Source: Dubosiella newyorkensis
GTDB taxonomy: Bacteria; Bacillota_I; Bacilli_A; Erysipelotrichales; Erysipelotrichaceae
Assembly: GCF_001945605.1 (NCBI RefSeq)
Contig: NZ_MPKA01000059.1
Coordinates: 1-32,000 of the forward strand
Length of the DNA: 32,000 nt
Direction: 5' to 3'
Shown one piece after another: positions 1-8,850 of this stretch. Each line of letters opens with the position of its first letter. The first letter of the stretch is position 1. The position numbers and the translations under genes are program-made. The notes beneath the pieces are model-generated. The model was not told the origin of the DNA and ran no database searches. It saw nothing but the letters and a program-made list of their open reading frames with translations.

Positions 1-45
1 GTCTGAAAGATTTTTCCGGTTTTGAGGGATCGATCGAGAAGAAGA

Positions 46-160
46 TCCGGTGGTGACAGAGAAGTGGAAATACCTGTTCCCGTCCCGAACACAGAAGTCA
101 AGCACTCCATCGCCGAAGGTAGTTGGCCTAGCGCCTGCAAGAATAGGACGCTGCCGGTTC
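46..160 (+). rRNA. rrf: 5S ribosomal RNA. Bases 1-45 look like 23S-5S spacer, so the window opens at the 3' end of an rrn operon.
   Basis: Contains the universal 5S core CCTGTTCCCGTCCCGAACACAGAAGTCAAGC...GCCGAAGGTAGT...AGAATAGGACGCTGCC. The 5' CCGGTGGT can pair with the 3' GCTGCCGG to form helix I. End coordinates are approximate, within about 3 nt. Confidence 0.85.
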
Positions 161-166
161 TAGAAT

Positions 167-199
167 AGACCAGAAAGTGTATGCTTTCTGGTCTTTTTT
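167..199 (+). terminator. Rho-independent terminator of the rrn operon
   Basis: Perfect 11-bp stem AGACCAGAAAG (167-177) / CTTTCTGGTCT (184-194) with a 6-nt loop, followed by a T-run. Confidence 0.8.
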
Positions 200-213
200 A
201 TTATCGAACAAAC

Positions 214-270
214 TGTCATGACACAAGATTGACATAGAACAATTCCCTGTTATAATTAGTGTCAACTGTG
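214..270 (+). promoter_or_regulatory. Candidate NiaR operator(s) overlapping the nad promoter
   Basis: Perfect 10-bp palindrome TGTCATGACA (214-223). In addition, ACACAAGATTGACA (221-234) and TGTCAACTGTG (260-270) form an imperfect inverted pair bracketing the -35 and -10 boxes. The operon encodes its own NiaR-type repressor. I did not verify the match to the published NiaR motif. Confidence 0.3.
229..256 (+). promoter_or_regulatory. Sigma-A type promoter of the nad operon
   Basis: TTGACA (229-234), 16-nt spacer, TATAAT (251-256), about 25 nt upstream of the nadB ATG. Confidence 0.6.
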
Positions 271-281
271 AGGTGAGCTCA

Positions 282-1586
282 ATGAAAGAAAATTGGGATG
301 TATTGATCGTAGGATGCGGGGCAGCGGGACTATATTGCGCGCTGAATCTGCCCGAAAATCAAAATGTTTGTATGATATGCAAAGAAGATATTGAACATAG
401 TGATTCTTATCTTGCCCAAGGCGGGATCAGCATGCTTCGAGGCGAAGACGATTATCAAGAATATTTTAATGATACGCTAAGAGCCGGGCACTATGAAAAC
501 GATCCAAAAAGTGTAGATTTGATGATCCGCTACAGCAATACGATCATTAACGATTTGATCAAGCATGGCGTTGATTTTGAAAAAGATCAAGATGGTCGCC
601 TTTGCTTTACAAAAGAAGGTGCCCATTCCAAGCCAAGGATCCTGTATCACGAAGATGAAACTGGAAAAGAAATTACGTCAAGACTTTTACTTGAAGCAAA
701 AAAAAGAAAGAATATCCGCATCTATCCATATTGCATGATGATCGATCTTCTAGAAAAGGACAACCGAGCATACGGGATCGTTGTCCAAAAAGATCAAACG
801 ATCTTTCCTCTTTTTGCCAATTCTATTGTTTTGGCTTGCGGAGGCATAGGTGGCATTTTTAAAAACAGCACGAATTATGAAAGCTTGCAAGGAGATGCTT
901 TAAGTATTTGTTTACATCATCATGTTGAATTAGAGAATATCGATTATATCCAGATCCATCCTACGACTCTTTATTCTACGAAGAAAGGAAGACGTTTTCT
1001 CCTCTCAGAATCTTTGCGAGGCGAAGGTGCTCGCCTTTTAAATATCCATGGAAAACGGTTTGTCAATGAGTTGCTTCCTCGCGATCTATTGACAGATAAG
1101 ATCAACGAGCAAATGCGAATCGATCACAGCGATCATGTATTCTTAGATCTTACACCGATCGGAGAAACAGCATTAAAGACGCATTTTCCTCATATTTGTT
1201 CCCGCTGTCAAGAAGAAGGATACGATGTATTTCATGAACCAATTCCAGTCGTTCCAGCTCAGCACTACTTTATGGGAGGAATCAAGATCGATCTATCAGG
1301 CAAAACAAGCATGAAAGATTTATATGCATGTGGAGAAACGAGTTGTTCGAACGTACATGGAAGAAATCGTTTAGCCAGTAATTCATTGCTAGAATCTCTT
1401 GTGTTTGCGAAAAAAGCAGCTGAGGATATCACGTTTTCTCAATACGAACCCAAAGCACTCCTTCCTTTTACAATGAAGGAGATGTATCAAGACACTTCAA
1501 AATTGATGCAAGACTATCAAGATGAATTATGGAGCGAAATAGAAAGGTGGAAGTTGATCCATGAACGAAACAACATTGAAGCTTAA
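282..1586 (+). CDS. nadB: L-aspartate oxidase
   Basis: FAD dinucleotide fold VLIVGCGAAGL, plus the AQGGI, HPT and SESLRGEGA motifs typical of NadB. I prefer ATG 282 (GAGGTG 7 nt upstream) over the track's GTG 273. Confidence 0.93.
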   Translation: MKENWDVLIVGCGAAGLYCALNLPENQNVCMICKEDIEHSDSYLAQGGISMLRGEDDYQEYFNDTLRAGHYENDPKSVDLMIRYSNTIINDLIKHGVDFEKDQDGRLCFTKEGAHSKPRILYHEDETGKEITSRLLLEAKKRKNIRIYPYCMMIDLLEKDNRAYGIVVQKDQTIFPLFANSIVLACGGIGGIFKNSTNYESLQGDALSICLHHHVELENIDYIQIHPTTLYSTKKGRRFLLSESLRGEGARLLNIHGKRFVNELLPRDLLTDKINEQMRIDHSDHVFLDLTPIGETALKTHFPHICSRCQEEGYDVFHEPIPVVPAQHYFMGGIKIDLSGKTSMKDLYACGETSCSNVHGRNRLASNSLLESLVFAKKAAEDITFSQYEPKALLPFTMKEMYQDTSKLMQDYQDELWSEIERWKLIHERNNIEA

Positions 1587-2421
1587 TGCCGATCCTTATA
1601 TTTTGATGGCATTGAGAGAAGATATATCCAACGAAGATATAACGACAAACGCGATCCATAAAGATAGGGAATATGGAGAAGCGGATCTGATCTGTAAACA
1701 AAAAGGAATCATTTGCGGGATTGATACTTTCAAACGTGTGTTTCAATTGCTCGATGACTCGAGCGATGTGATCTTTTTTTGTGAAGAGGGACAACCCGTT
1801 GAAGAAGGAATGCTTTTGGGAAAAGTGACTGGAAAGATCAGCACGATCTTAACAGGGGAGAGAACTGCTTTGAACTATTTGCAAAGAATGAGCGGGATCG
1901 CTACGATGACGCATCATGTTGTTTCGCTTCTAGAAGGAACGGGCATCAAATTGCTGGATACTCGTAAAACGACCCCAAACAACAGACTCTTTGAAAAATA
2001 TGCAGTCAAAATCGGGGGTGGATATAATCATCGCTACAATCTCTCCGATGGAATTTTATTGAAAGACAATCATATTAACGCGGCTGGTTCCGTTAAAGAA
2101 GCGATCCAAATGGCTCGCGAATATGCTCCATTTGTCCGAAAAATAGAAATCGAGTGCGAAAGTCTAGAACAAGTCAAAGAAGCGCTCGAAGCCAAAGCGG
2201 ATATTATCATGCTTGATAATATGGATCATGAGACGATGAAAAAAGCGATCGAATGGATCGATGGGCGAGCTGAAACCGAATGCTCCGGAAATATTTCGAA
2301 AGAAAATATTGAACGACTCAAAGATCTGAATGTCGATTATATTTCTAGCGGTTCGATCATCTATAATGCCGGTATTCTTGATCTTTCGCTAAAGAATTTA
2401 AAACCGATTGGAGAAGTATGA
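1561..2421 (+). CDS. nadC: Nicotinate-nucleotide (quinolinate) phosphoribosyltransferase
   Basis: LTGERTALNYLQRMSGIAT and DTRKTTPNNR...KIGGGYNHRYNLSD motifs. Overlaps the nadB 3' end by 26 nt. Confidence 0.93.
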   Translation: MNETTLKLNADPYILMALREDISNEDITTNAIHKDREYGEADLICKQKGIICGIDTFKRVFQLLDDSSDVIFFCEEGQPVEEGMLLGKVTGKISTILTGERTALNYLQRMSGIATMTHHVVSLLEGTGIKLLDTRKTTPNNRLFEKYAVKIGGGYNHRYNLSDGILLKDNHINAAGSVKEAIQMAREYAPFVRKIEIECESLEQVKEALEAKADIIMLDNMDHETMKKAIEWIDGRAETECSGNISKENIERLKDLNVDYISSGSIIYNAGILDLSLKNLKPIGEV

Positions 2422-2966
2422 AAACAAGTGAAAGACGGGAAGCGATCATTTCGATCTTGAAGCAAGCCGAAGAAGCGATTCCCGCGAAAGCGCTCGCGGC
2501 AAAATTCAACGTATCCAGACAAGCGATCGTACAAGATCTAACCGTGATCCGCGCCTATACCCCGGGAATCGCTTCCACCTCGCGGGGATATGTAATGATC
2601 AAAGAACAAGAGAATTCTCCAAAAAAAGAATTTAAAGTATGTCACGATGCTTCCATGACTCAAGAAGAGTTGTTTACGATCGTGGATTGTGGCGGAAAAA
2701 TAAAAAACGTCAGTATTTCCCATCGTATTTATGGCAGAATCAGTGTTGATCTTGATTTGCGTTCAAGGCAAGATGTGCTTGATTTTATGAAAGCGTTTGA
2801 AGGAAGCAAGTCCAAGTATTTAGGGGAAGTGACAAGCGGCTATCATTATCATCTCGTGGAGGCGGATAATGATGATCGCCTCCTGCTCATTGAGGAAAGG
2901 CTGAAAGCGCTTGGTGTATTGGCTCCTTTAAGTCCGTGGGAAAAAGAAGAAAGTGGGATAGAATAA
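2418..2966 (+). CDS. niaR: NiaR/YrxA-type transcriptional repressor of NAD biosynthesis (N-terminal HTH plus 3H domain)
   Basis: 182 aa. N-terminal winged-HTH-like segment (RREAIISIL...AKFNVSRQAIVQDL) and a C-terminal His-containing domain (CHD, SISHR, GYHYHL) as in 3H-domain regulators. ATGA overlap with nadC. Confidence 0.8.
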   Translation: MKTSERREAIISILKQAEEAIPAKALAAKFNVSRQAIVQDLTVIRAYTPGIASTSRGYVMIKEQENSPKKEFKVCHDASMTQEELFTIVDCGGKIKNVSISHRIYGRISVDLDLRSRQDVLDFMKAFEGSKSKYLGEVTSGYHYHLVEADNDDRLLLIEERLKALGVLAPLSPWEKEESGIE

Positions 2967-3889
2967 TGGCAAGCGTTCAAGAGATCCAAGAAGAAATTAG
3001 AAGATTAAAAAAAGAAACAAAAACGACGATTCTCGTTCACGCGTATCAAAGCCAAGAAATATTGGAGATCGCTGACCATGTTGGAGATTCGTATGGTTTA
3101 GCTTTATTGGCTAAAAAAGAAGAGAATCCAAATATGATGATGTGCGGGGTACGGTTCATGGCAGAAACCTGCAAGATCTTATGTCCGGATAAAACGGTGT
3201 ATTTACCAAATCCAAGCGCTGGCTGCCCAATGGCCGAACAGCTTAATCGTTATTCTTTGATCAAGCTCAAGGAAGAATATCCAGAATATACAATAGTCGC
3301 TTATATCAACACGAGTGCGGAACTAAAAACAGAAACGGATGTTTGTGTCACTTCTTCTTGCGCTTATACAGTATGCAAGAATATTGAAAACGATAAGATC
3401 CTATTTATTCCAGATCCAAATCTAGGAAGCTACATTGCCAAAAAACTACCAGAAAAACAATTTAAATTCGTTCAAGGAGGATGTCCTCATCATGTGGCGA
3501 TCACAAAAGAAGATGTTTTGAAAGCTAAACAAGCCCATCCAAAAGCGCTTCTGTTGGTCCATCCAGAATGTCAGAGAGAAGTGGTAGAGCTTGCAGATTT
3601 TGTGGGGTCTACTACGGAAATCATGAAATTTGCGAAAGAAAGCACGCATCAAGAGTTCTTGATCGGAACAGAAAACAGCATCGTAGAGCATCTTCAGTTT
3701 GACTGTATGAATAAAATATTCTATCCAGTATCTACAAATTTAGTGTGTCCAGATATGAAAGCAACAACTCTTATGGATATTTATCTTTGTTTAAAGGGAA
3801 TAAGTGGCGAAAAGATCGAACTGGATCCTTTTACTTTAAATAGAGCAAAATCCTGTTTGGATGAAATGATCCGGCTTCAAGAAAAATAG
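2966..3889 (+). CDS. nadA: Quinolinate synthase
   Basis: Thermotoga/Clostridium-type NadA: ILVHAYQ...IADHVGDS...VRFMAETCKIL...CPMA...VHPEC. The start at ATG 2966 (TAATG overlap with the niaR stop) fits family N-termini better than the track's GTG 2936. Confidence 0.92.
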   Translation: MASVQEIQEEIRRLKKETKTTILVHAYQSQEILEIADHVGDSYGLALLAKKEENPNMMMCGVRFMAETCKILCPDKTVYLPNPSAGCPMAEQLNRYSLIKLKEEYPEYTIVAYINTSAELKTETDVCVTSSCAYTVCKNIENDKILFIPDPNLGSYIAKKLPEKQFKFVQGGCPHHVAITKEDVLKAKQAHPKALLLVHPECQREVVELADFVGSTTEIMKFAKESTHQEFLIGTENSIVEHLQFDCMNKIFYPVSTNLVCPDMKATTLMDIYLCLKGISGEKIELDPFTLNRAKSCLDEMIRLQEK

Positions 3890-3894
3890 AATAT

Positions 3895-3924
3895 AAAATG
3901 GTTCAACTGCAGCTGAACCATTTT
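3895..3924. terminator. Bidirectional terminator between nadA and the convergent gene
   Basis: AAAATGGTTCA (3895-3905) / TGAACCATTTT (3914-3924). A-run on one side and T-run on the other. Confidence 0.7.
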
Positions 3925-3928
3925 TATT

Positions 3929-4270
3929 TTATAGATTGTTTTTCTTTTTGAACGCTTCGATTTCTTCGTCTGTAATATCTTTTTTACCAGAAGTAAAATA
4001 TGAATCTTTCATCTTTTCTTCTGGCGTCTTGCTGTCGGCCGTCAGATCCACTTTTCCATTGAAAATCCCGTAAACTTTATAGACGAATCCGGTCCCTTTT
4101 TTCTCTTTGATATAGTTTTTGATCATAGCGACATTTTCTTCTGACGTTTTGTCATTGTCGCAATACAAAAAACAATTTTGGCGATTTGTTTTGATTTCAT
4201 ATACACCAGGGATTTCTAATGCGGTCTTTTTCAGCATGGCTACTAAAGGAGTTGAGAGTACCACTACCAT
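3929..4270 (-). CDS. Hypothetical protein, 113 aa, Lys/Glu-rich C-terminus
   Basis: Clean ORF between a terminator and a divergent intergenic region, with an AGAAGG Shine-Dalgarno upstream. I recognise no family. Confidence 0.55.
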   Translation of the reverse strand: MVVVLSTPLVAMLKKTALEIPGVYEIKTNRQNCFLYCDNDKTSEENVAMIKNYIKEKKGTGFVYKVYGIFNGKVDLTADSKTPEEKMKDSYFTSGKKDITDEEIEAFKKKNNL

Positions 4271-4433
4271 AATCTATACCTTCTTTCTATTTATATATCT
4301 ATTTTAATAAAAATAGACTAGAAAAACAACGGAATTTGTGTGCGCTTATATCGAGAATTTTTGTTATGACAAGCAAATAAATAGAAGCTCAACAAAGTTT
4401 TTGCTATTGTGTATCCGTTAAGGAGGCGTCAGT

Positions 4434-4856
4434 ATGGCACACTATAAAACAAAAGAATGGTTGATCGATGAATTACATAGAAATGGAATGAGTTTAGAAG
4501 ATCTCTCTTCTCAAACAGGCATTGGTATGGAAGATCTAAAACGCCTAAGCGACGAAAATGAAGCCAACCAACATATTTGGGATGTCGTTTTAGGTCAGTT
4601 GAATTTTTATCCAACCATCGATTATCCAAGTGAATCTATTTTAGAGGATCTTCAAAACGATATGAATCAAATCGGACCAGAAGCCAAATGTACCGTTTTT
4701 TATGGTGTGAATGCAGATGACTTGATTTTCACAGATTACCAGCTTCCAGGAGAAGATGATCACGGGGCGAATGTTGATATTGATCAACTTTCAAAACTGC
4801 ATATTTCTCTTGAAGAGGCATATGAACTGTTTGAAAAACAAAACATGACGTTATAA
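4434..4856 (+). CDS. Hypothetical protein, 140 aa, possible N-terminal HTH
   Basis: Strong AAGGAGG 7 nt before the ATG. The segment MSLEDLSSQTGIGMEDLKRL is HTH-like. The acidic C-terminal domain has no recognisable family. Confidence 0.6.
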   Translation: MAHYKTKEWLIDELHRNGMSLEDLSSQTGIGMEDLKRLSDENEANQHIWDVVLGQLNFYPTIDYPSESILEDLQNDMNQIGPEAKCTVFYGVNADDLIFTDYQLPGEDDHGANVDIDQLSKLHISLEEAYELFEKQNMTL

Positions 4857-4868
4857 AGAAAGAAGGAT

Positions 4869-5150
4869 ATGATGGATATCAATCGCTCAGTTGAAGAAGC
4901 GAAAATACGCGATATTTCTTTGCTGGATGTACGTACTCCAGAAGAATATAGACATGGCCATATCCCTGGAGCAATCAATATTCCACTCAACACGACATCG
5001 AAAGTACAGCTAGATCCAGAAAAAGAGTATTTTGCTTATTGTCATAGCGGACGACGATCAGAGCTCGCTTCAAGGATCTTGAATGAAAGAGGCTTTCATG
5101 TAGAAAATATTGGCGGGATCGATGACTGGGTCAAAGAAATCGAAAATTAA
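4869..5150 (+). CDS. Single-domain rhodanese (sulfurtransferase-like) protein
   Basis: LLDVRTPEEY..GHIPGAINIP and the active-site loop CHSGRRS. The start could instead be the adjacent ATG at 4872. Confidence 0.85.
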   Translation: MMDINRSVEEAKIRDISLLDVRTPEEYRHGHIPGAINIPLNTTSKVQLDPEKEYFAYCHSGRRSELASRILNERGFHVENIGGIDDWVKEIEN

Positions 5151-5184
5151 AAAGATATGAATGAGTGCATTCATATCTTTTTTA
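5151..5184. terminator. Bidirectional terminator (rhodanese gene / chrA)
   Basis: AAAGATATGAATG / CATTCATATCTTT stem with a 4-nt loop and flanking A/T runs. Confidence 0.75.
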
Positions 5185-5748
5185 TAGGGCAAAAAGAATT
5201 CCTAAAAGCGCGCAAGACAAGATCATGACAATGGGATGAATCTTTTTAAAATAAAACGATATTCCGCTCAAGATCACAAACAATATAAGATGGATCCATG
5301 AAATCGATCCAACAGAAATAATACCTTCTGGAAAAATCGTAGAAACAAAAACCCCTAAACCAGCAGTCGCGATCATCGCTGTGACTGCTGGGCGCAAACC
5401 ATAAAATGCATCCTGAACCCAATGTGATGTTTTGAATTTCTGCAAAAATTTGGCTACGATACAAATCACGATCACGCTAGGAAGGATCAAGCCGAACGTA
5501 GTGATCAATCCACCAAGGATATTATTTCCTGTTGTATGAAAGCCAACATAGGTTGCCATATTGATTCCCATTGGACCTGGGGTGGATTCTGAGACCGCGA
5601 TCATATTCATCAGATCGTCAGCATTGAACCAATGGTATTTTTCCATCATTTCATAAAGAAATGGAATCGTAGCAAGACCTCCGCCTAAAGCAAACAGACC
5701 TGTTTTAAAAAACTCAATAAACAATGTCCACAATAATTGAAGATTCAT
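5182..5748 (-). CDS. chrA: Chromate transporter (CHR) family protein, short-chain, C-terminal-type half
   Basis: The real start is MNLQLLWTLFIEFFKTGLFALGGGLATIPFL. The track's 252-aa ORF adds an N-terminal extension that overlaps the upstream gene. ATGA overlap with the upstream chrA half. Confidence 0.85.
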   Translation of the reverse strand: MNLQLLWTLFIEFFKTGLFALGGGLATIPFLYEMMEKYHWFNADDLMNMIAVSESTPGPMGINMATYVGFHTTGNNILGGLITTFGLILPSVIVICIVAKFLQKFKTSHWVQDAFYGLRPAVTAMIATAGLGVFVSTIFPEGIISVGSISWIHLILFVILSGISFYFKKIHPIVMILSCALLGILFAL

Positions 5749-6296
5749 GATTTTAAACCTCGCTTCGTTTTGATCGCTTGGATCAAAATTCCAGTTCCTG
5801 CCGCTAAAATGACGATCAAGATCGTAGGAAGCCACTGAAAATAAGAAAAGACAAGTGCGATCGCGAAAATGATCCAACCATAAGTATCTTTGATGCCACT
5901 CTTGATCATTTTGATTACGGCTTGCATGATCAAGATACACACGGCGATCCGTATCCCGGATAAAGCATGCTGGACGATTTCGAGTTCAGCAAAATTTGAT
6001 AAAAGAGAAGCGATCAGTATGATGATCACGAGGCTAGGAAAGACGACACCACTCGTGGCGACGATCGTTCCTAAGATCCCTTTTTGATAATAGCCGATAA
6101 AGCTTGCGGTATTAACGGCGATCACTCCTGGCGTACATTGTCCAACAGCAAAATAATCTAAAAGCTCATCATCTGTCGCCCATTTCTTTTTTTCGACAAT
6201 CTCGCTTTGGAGCATGGGAAGCATCGCGTAACCGCCCCCAAATGTAAAAGCGCCAATTTTAGCGAATGTGATAAACATATCCAAATAGATGTTCAT
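5745..6296 (-). CDS. chrA: Chromate transporter (CHR) family protein, short-chain, N-terminal-type half
   Basis: MNIYLDMFITFAKIGAFTFGGGYAMLPML is the typical CHR N-terminus. An AAGGAAG Shine-Dalgarno precedes the ATG at 6294-6296. Confidence 0.85.
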   Translation of the reverse strand: MNIYLDMFITFAKIGAFTFGGGYAMLPMLQSEIVEKKKWATDDELLDYFAVGQCTPGVIAVNTASFIGYYQKGILGTIVATSGVVFPSLVIIILIASLLSNFAELEIVQHALSGIRIAVCILIMQAVIKMIKSGIKDTYGWIIFAIALVFSYFQWLPTILIVILAAGTGILIQAIKTKRGLKS

Positions 6297-6398
6297 AGTA
6301 TTCTTCCTTTCCAAGATATTATACGAAAATAAAATGTAAAATTCGTAAAAACAGCTCAAGAGCTAGTAAATAGTGTAAATGATGGGTATTATAAGATT

Positions 6399-7157
6399 AT
6401 GAAACATATCGTTATAGAAGTTTGCGCAGGCGGATTTGCGGATTGCTTGAGTGCTGCAGCAGCTGGAATCAAGAGAGTGGAGTTAAATTCCGCTCTTGCG
6501 CTAGGAGGTTTAACATGCACTGCTGCAACTCTTAGGAAAGTCAAGAAATATACAGATCTTGAGGTGATCTGTATGGTGCGGCCGCGCGGATGTGGATTTT
6601 GTTATGACGTGATGGAAAAAGAAATCATGTTTGATGAGGCAAAAGCATTGCTAGATGCTGGAGCGGATGGGATCGCGTTTGGGTTTTTAAAAGCCAATGG
6701 AGAAATTGATCAAGCTGAAACTGAAAAAATGGTCGATTTGATCCATAGTTATAATAAGAAGGCTGTTTTTCATCGGGCTTTTGACGTTTCAATCGATCCA
6801 TATGAATCGATTCAAACTTTGATCGCTTGTCATGTCGATCGAGTCATGACTTCAGGCATGGACGAAACTGCGATAAGAGGGATGGAATTGATCCGGAAAC
6901 TGCAGAACCAATTTCATGATCAGATCGAGATCTTGCCTGCTTGCGGGATCACCGCAAAAAACGTAGAACCGTTTTTGAACTATACGCAGTGTGATCAAAT
7001 TCATTCATCGTGTCGTTCGTATCATTTTGATCCTACCACAAAGTTAGGTGGTGTCGATTTTTCCATGTATCCTCAAGAACACTCGATGGATTATGACATC
7101 GTGAGCGCTCGCAAACTTCAACAGCTGATCGATAAGGTCGGCATGCTCAATTTATAA
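6399..7157 (+). CDS. cutC: CutC-family copper homeostasis protein
   Basis: IEVCAGGFADCLSAAAAGIKRVELNSALALGGLT matches the CutC TIM-barrel N-terminus. There is no Shine-Dalgarno, and a -10-like TATTAT lies 7 nt upstream of the ATG (see findings). Confidence 0.85.
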   Translation: MKHIVIEVCAGGFADCLSAAAAGIKRVELNSALALGGLTCTAATLRKVKKYTDLEVICMVRPRGCGFCYDVMEKEIMFDEAKALLDAGADGIAFGFLKANGEIDQAETEKMVDLIHSYNKKAVFHRAFDVSIDPYESIQTLIACHVDRVMTSGMDETAIRGMELIRKLQNQFHDQIEILPACGITAKNVEPFLNYTQCDQIHSSCRSYHFDPTTKLGGVDFSMYPQEHSMDYDIVSARKLQQLIDKVGMLNL

Positions 7158-7161
7158 CAAT

Positions 7162-7191
7162 AAAAAGCACATCAGGGTGATGTGCTTTTTC
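7162..7191. terminator. Bidirectional terminator (cutC / lctP)
   Basis: AAAAAGCACATCA-GGG-TGATGTGCTTTTT. Confidence 0.8.
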
Positions 7192-7198
7192 ATTTGAT

Positions 7199-8734
7199 TC
7201 ACAATTGTCCAAAAAATAGTGTTCCAACATAAGCGAGTATGGACATAATGATCAAGAAGGCGGCTCCATAAGGAAGGATCATGGATAGAAGTTTAGAATC
7301 TTGACCATTTCCATCGACTGCGCTTAAAGCAATCGCGATGCTTTGAGGAGAAAGCATTTTACCGGCTCCAACACCTAGCGAGTTCAAAGCGACGATCCAA
7401 TATGGATTTAAGTGAAGCGCTTCGGCTGCATTCATTTGCACCGCTCCAAACAGAACACCTGAGCTTGTTCCAGATCCGGTAACAAAGCATCCAAGAGCAC
7501 CTAGCCAAGGAGCGATGAATGGATAGAAGGCGCCTGTCACTAAGATCGCGAATTCTGAAATCGAAGAAATCATTCCAGAATATGCCATGATCTTTGCGCA
7601 CGCAAGGACGAAGCACATTGTCAAGATCGTTGGTGTCATTTGTTTAAGGGTGGCGATAAATACTGTTTTAAAGTCGTTCCAGTTCGCTTTTTGGATCAGT
7701 CCGCCAATGATCGCGGAAAGGAAGATCCAAACACCAGCAGTATTGATCCAAGTGAATGTCAATGTGTTTGGATTTTCTCCACTGTAGACGATCACGTTCG
7801 AAGCAAATTGCGAAAGATATGAATTGACGGGCGGAAGCAATTTGCTAGTCGACAATAATAATATAAAGATACAAATAAAAGGGGACCAAGCTACGAGCGC
7901 TTTTTTTAGAGTAAGAGAAGCGCCTTTTTGAATGTCCATTTGATAGGCTGGATCCGGCTTTTTCTTGAGCGACATGAGGATCGTCACCGCCATTGAGCAA
8001 ACCGACCCTACAACAACAGCGAGCTCAGCTCCTACAAAATAAGCAATCGCGATTTGCGGAAGGACAAAAGCGACACCTGACATTAATACGATCGGCCAAA
8101 TTCCCTTAAGCGCTTTGACTCCTTTGCCAGCCACCATCACGATCAAGAACGGACACAAGATCATGAATGGAGCGAGCTGCAACGTCTCTGTAAAAGAAAG
8201 ATATGTGTTTTCTAAACCGACAAGATTGGCTAAAGTCACTGTCGGGATCCCGATGCTTCCAAATGGAGTAGGGACGCCATTCGCAATCAAGCAAACTAAG
8301 CAAGAGAATAAAGCCGGGAATCCTAATCCCACAAGCATTCCGGCAGGAATCGCGATCGCTGTCCCAAAGCCAGCCATACCTTCCATGAATCCTCCAAAGC
8401 ACCAAGCGACTAATAGAACAAGAAGTCGCTTGTCGCTCGTGACAGAAGTCATCATTTGTTTGATCAATTCCATCGCACCTGTTCTAACTGTCAAATTATA
8501 TGTAAAAACAGCTGCGACGATCACCACGACAATTGGCCAAAGAGCCATCAAAAAGCCTTCTAGAGCGGCTGTGCTAGTTTCCATGACGGGTAGTTTCCAG
8601 ACAAATAAAGCGAGCAAGAAGGCGACGATCATTGAACCACACGCGGCCTTCCAAGTCGGCCATTTTAGCAGTGTCAAGGCTACGATCAACCACAAGATTG
8701 GGCATAAACCTAGGACGAAAAGTAATCCTATCAT
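7199..8734 (-). CDS. lctP: L-lactate permease (LctP family)
   Basis: About 511-aa polytopic membrane protein with an LctP-like N-terminus (...LKWPTWKAAC...ALEGFLMALWPIVVVIVAAVFTYNLTV). I chose ATG 8734 (AGGAG Shine-Dalgarno) because the track start at 8791 lies upstream of the predicted promoter. Confidence 0.85.
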   Translation of the reverse strand: MIGLLFVLGLCPILWLIVALTLLKWPTWKAACGSMIVAFLLALFVWKLPVMETSTAALEGFLMALWPIVVVIVAAVFTYNLTVRTGAMELIKQMMTSVTSDKRLLVLLVAWCFGGFMEGMAGFGTAIAIPAGMLVGLGFPALFSCLVCLIANGVPTPFGSIGIPTVTLANLVGLENTYLSFTETLQLAPFMILCPFLIVMVAGKGVKALKGIWPIVLMSGVAFVLPQIAIAYFVGAELAVVVGSVCSMAVTILMSLKKKPDPAYQMDIQKGASLTLKKALVAWSPFICIFILLLSTSKLLPPVNSYLSQFASNVIVYSGENPNTLTFTWINTAGVWIFLSAIIGGLIQKANWNDFKTVFIATLKQMTPTILTMCFVLACAKIMAYSGMISSISEFAILVTGAFYPFIAPWLGALGCFVTGSGTSSGVLFGAVQMNAAEALHLNPYWIVALNSLGVGAGKMLSPQSIAIALSAVDGNGQDSKLLSMILPYGAAFLIIMSILAYVGTLFFGQL

Positions 8735-8762
8735 TTGTTTTCTCCTCTCATTTTCTCGATTT

Positions 8763-8791
8763 ATTATAACAGAATCCATTTCGTCACACAC
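8763..8791 (-). promoter_or_regulatory. Extended -10 promoter for lctP
   Basis: The minus strand reads TGTTATAAT (TG at 8771-8770, TATAAT at 8768-8763). The -35 is weak. Confidence 0.45.
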
Positions 8792-8813
8792 AGATAATTC
8801 TTTTCAAAATAGT

Positions 8814-8842
8814 TTGTTAAAAGCGGTAGGTTGATGTATTAT
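8814..8842 (+). promoter_or_regulatory. Promoter of the mraZ (dcw) operon
   Basis: TTGTTA (8814-8819), 17-nt spacer, TATTAT (8837-8842). Confidence 0.5.
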
Positions 8843-8850
8843 AGTGGTAC

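Noticed and set aside
1-45. Possible 23S rRNA 3' end at the window start.
   Set aside because: It is too short and lacks features I can recognise as 23S. I treated it as spacer upstream of the 5S gene.
5749-5940. N-terminal extensions in the ORF track: chrA 5182-5940, chrA 5745-6359, lctP to 8791, nadA from 2936, the DUF3737 ORF to 26531, and the epimerase gene from 29584.
   Set aside because: Family-typical N-termini with proper Shine-Dalgarno sequences lie at internal start codons. The extensions overlap upstream genes or promoters.
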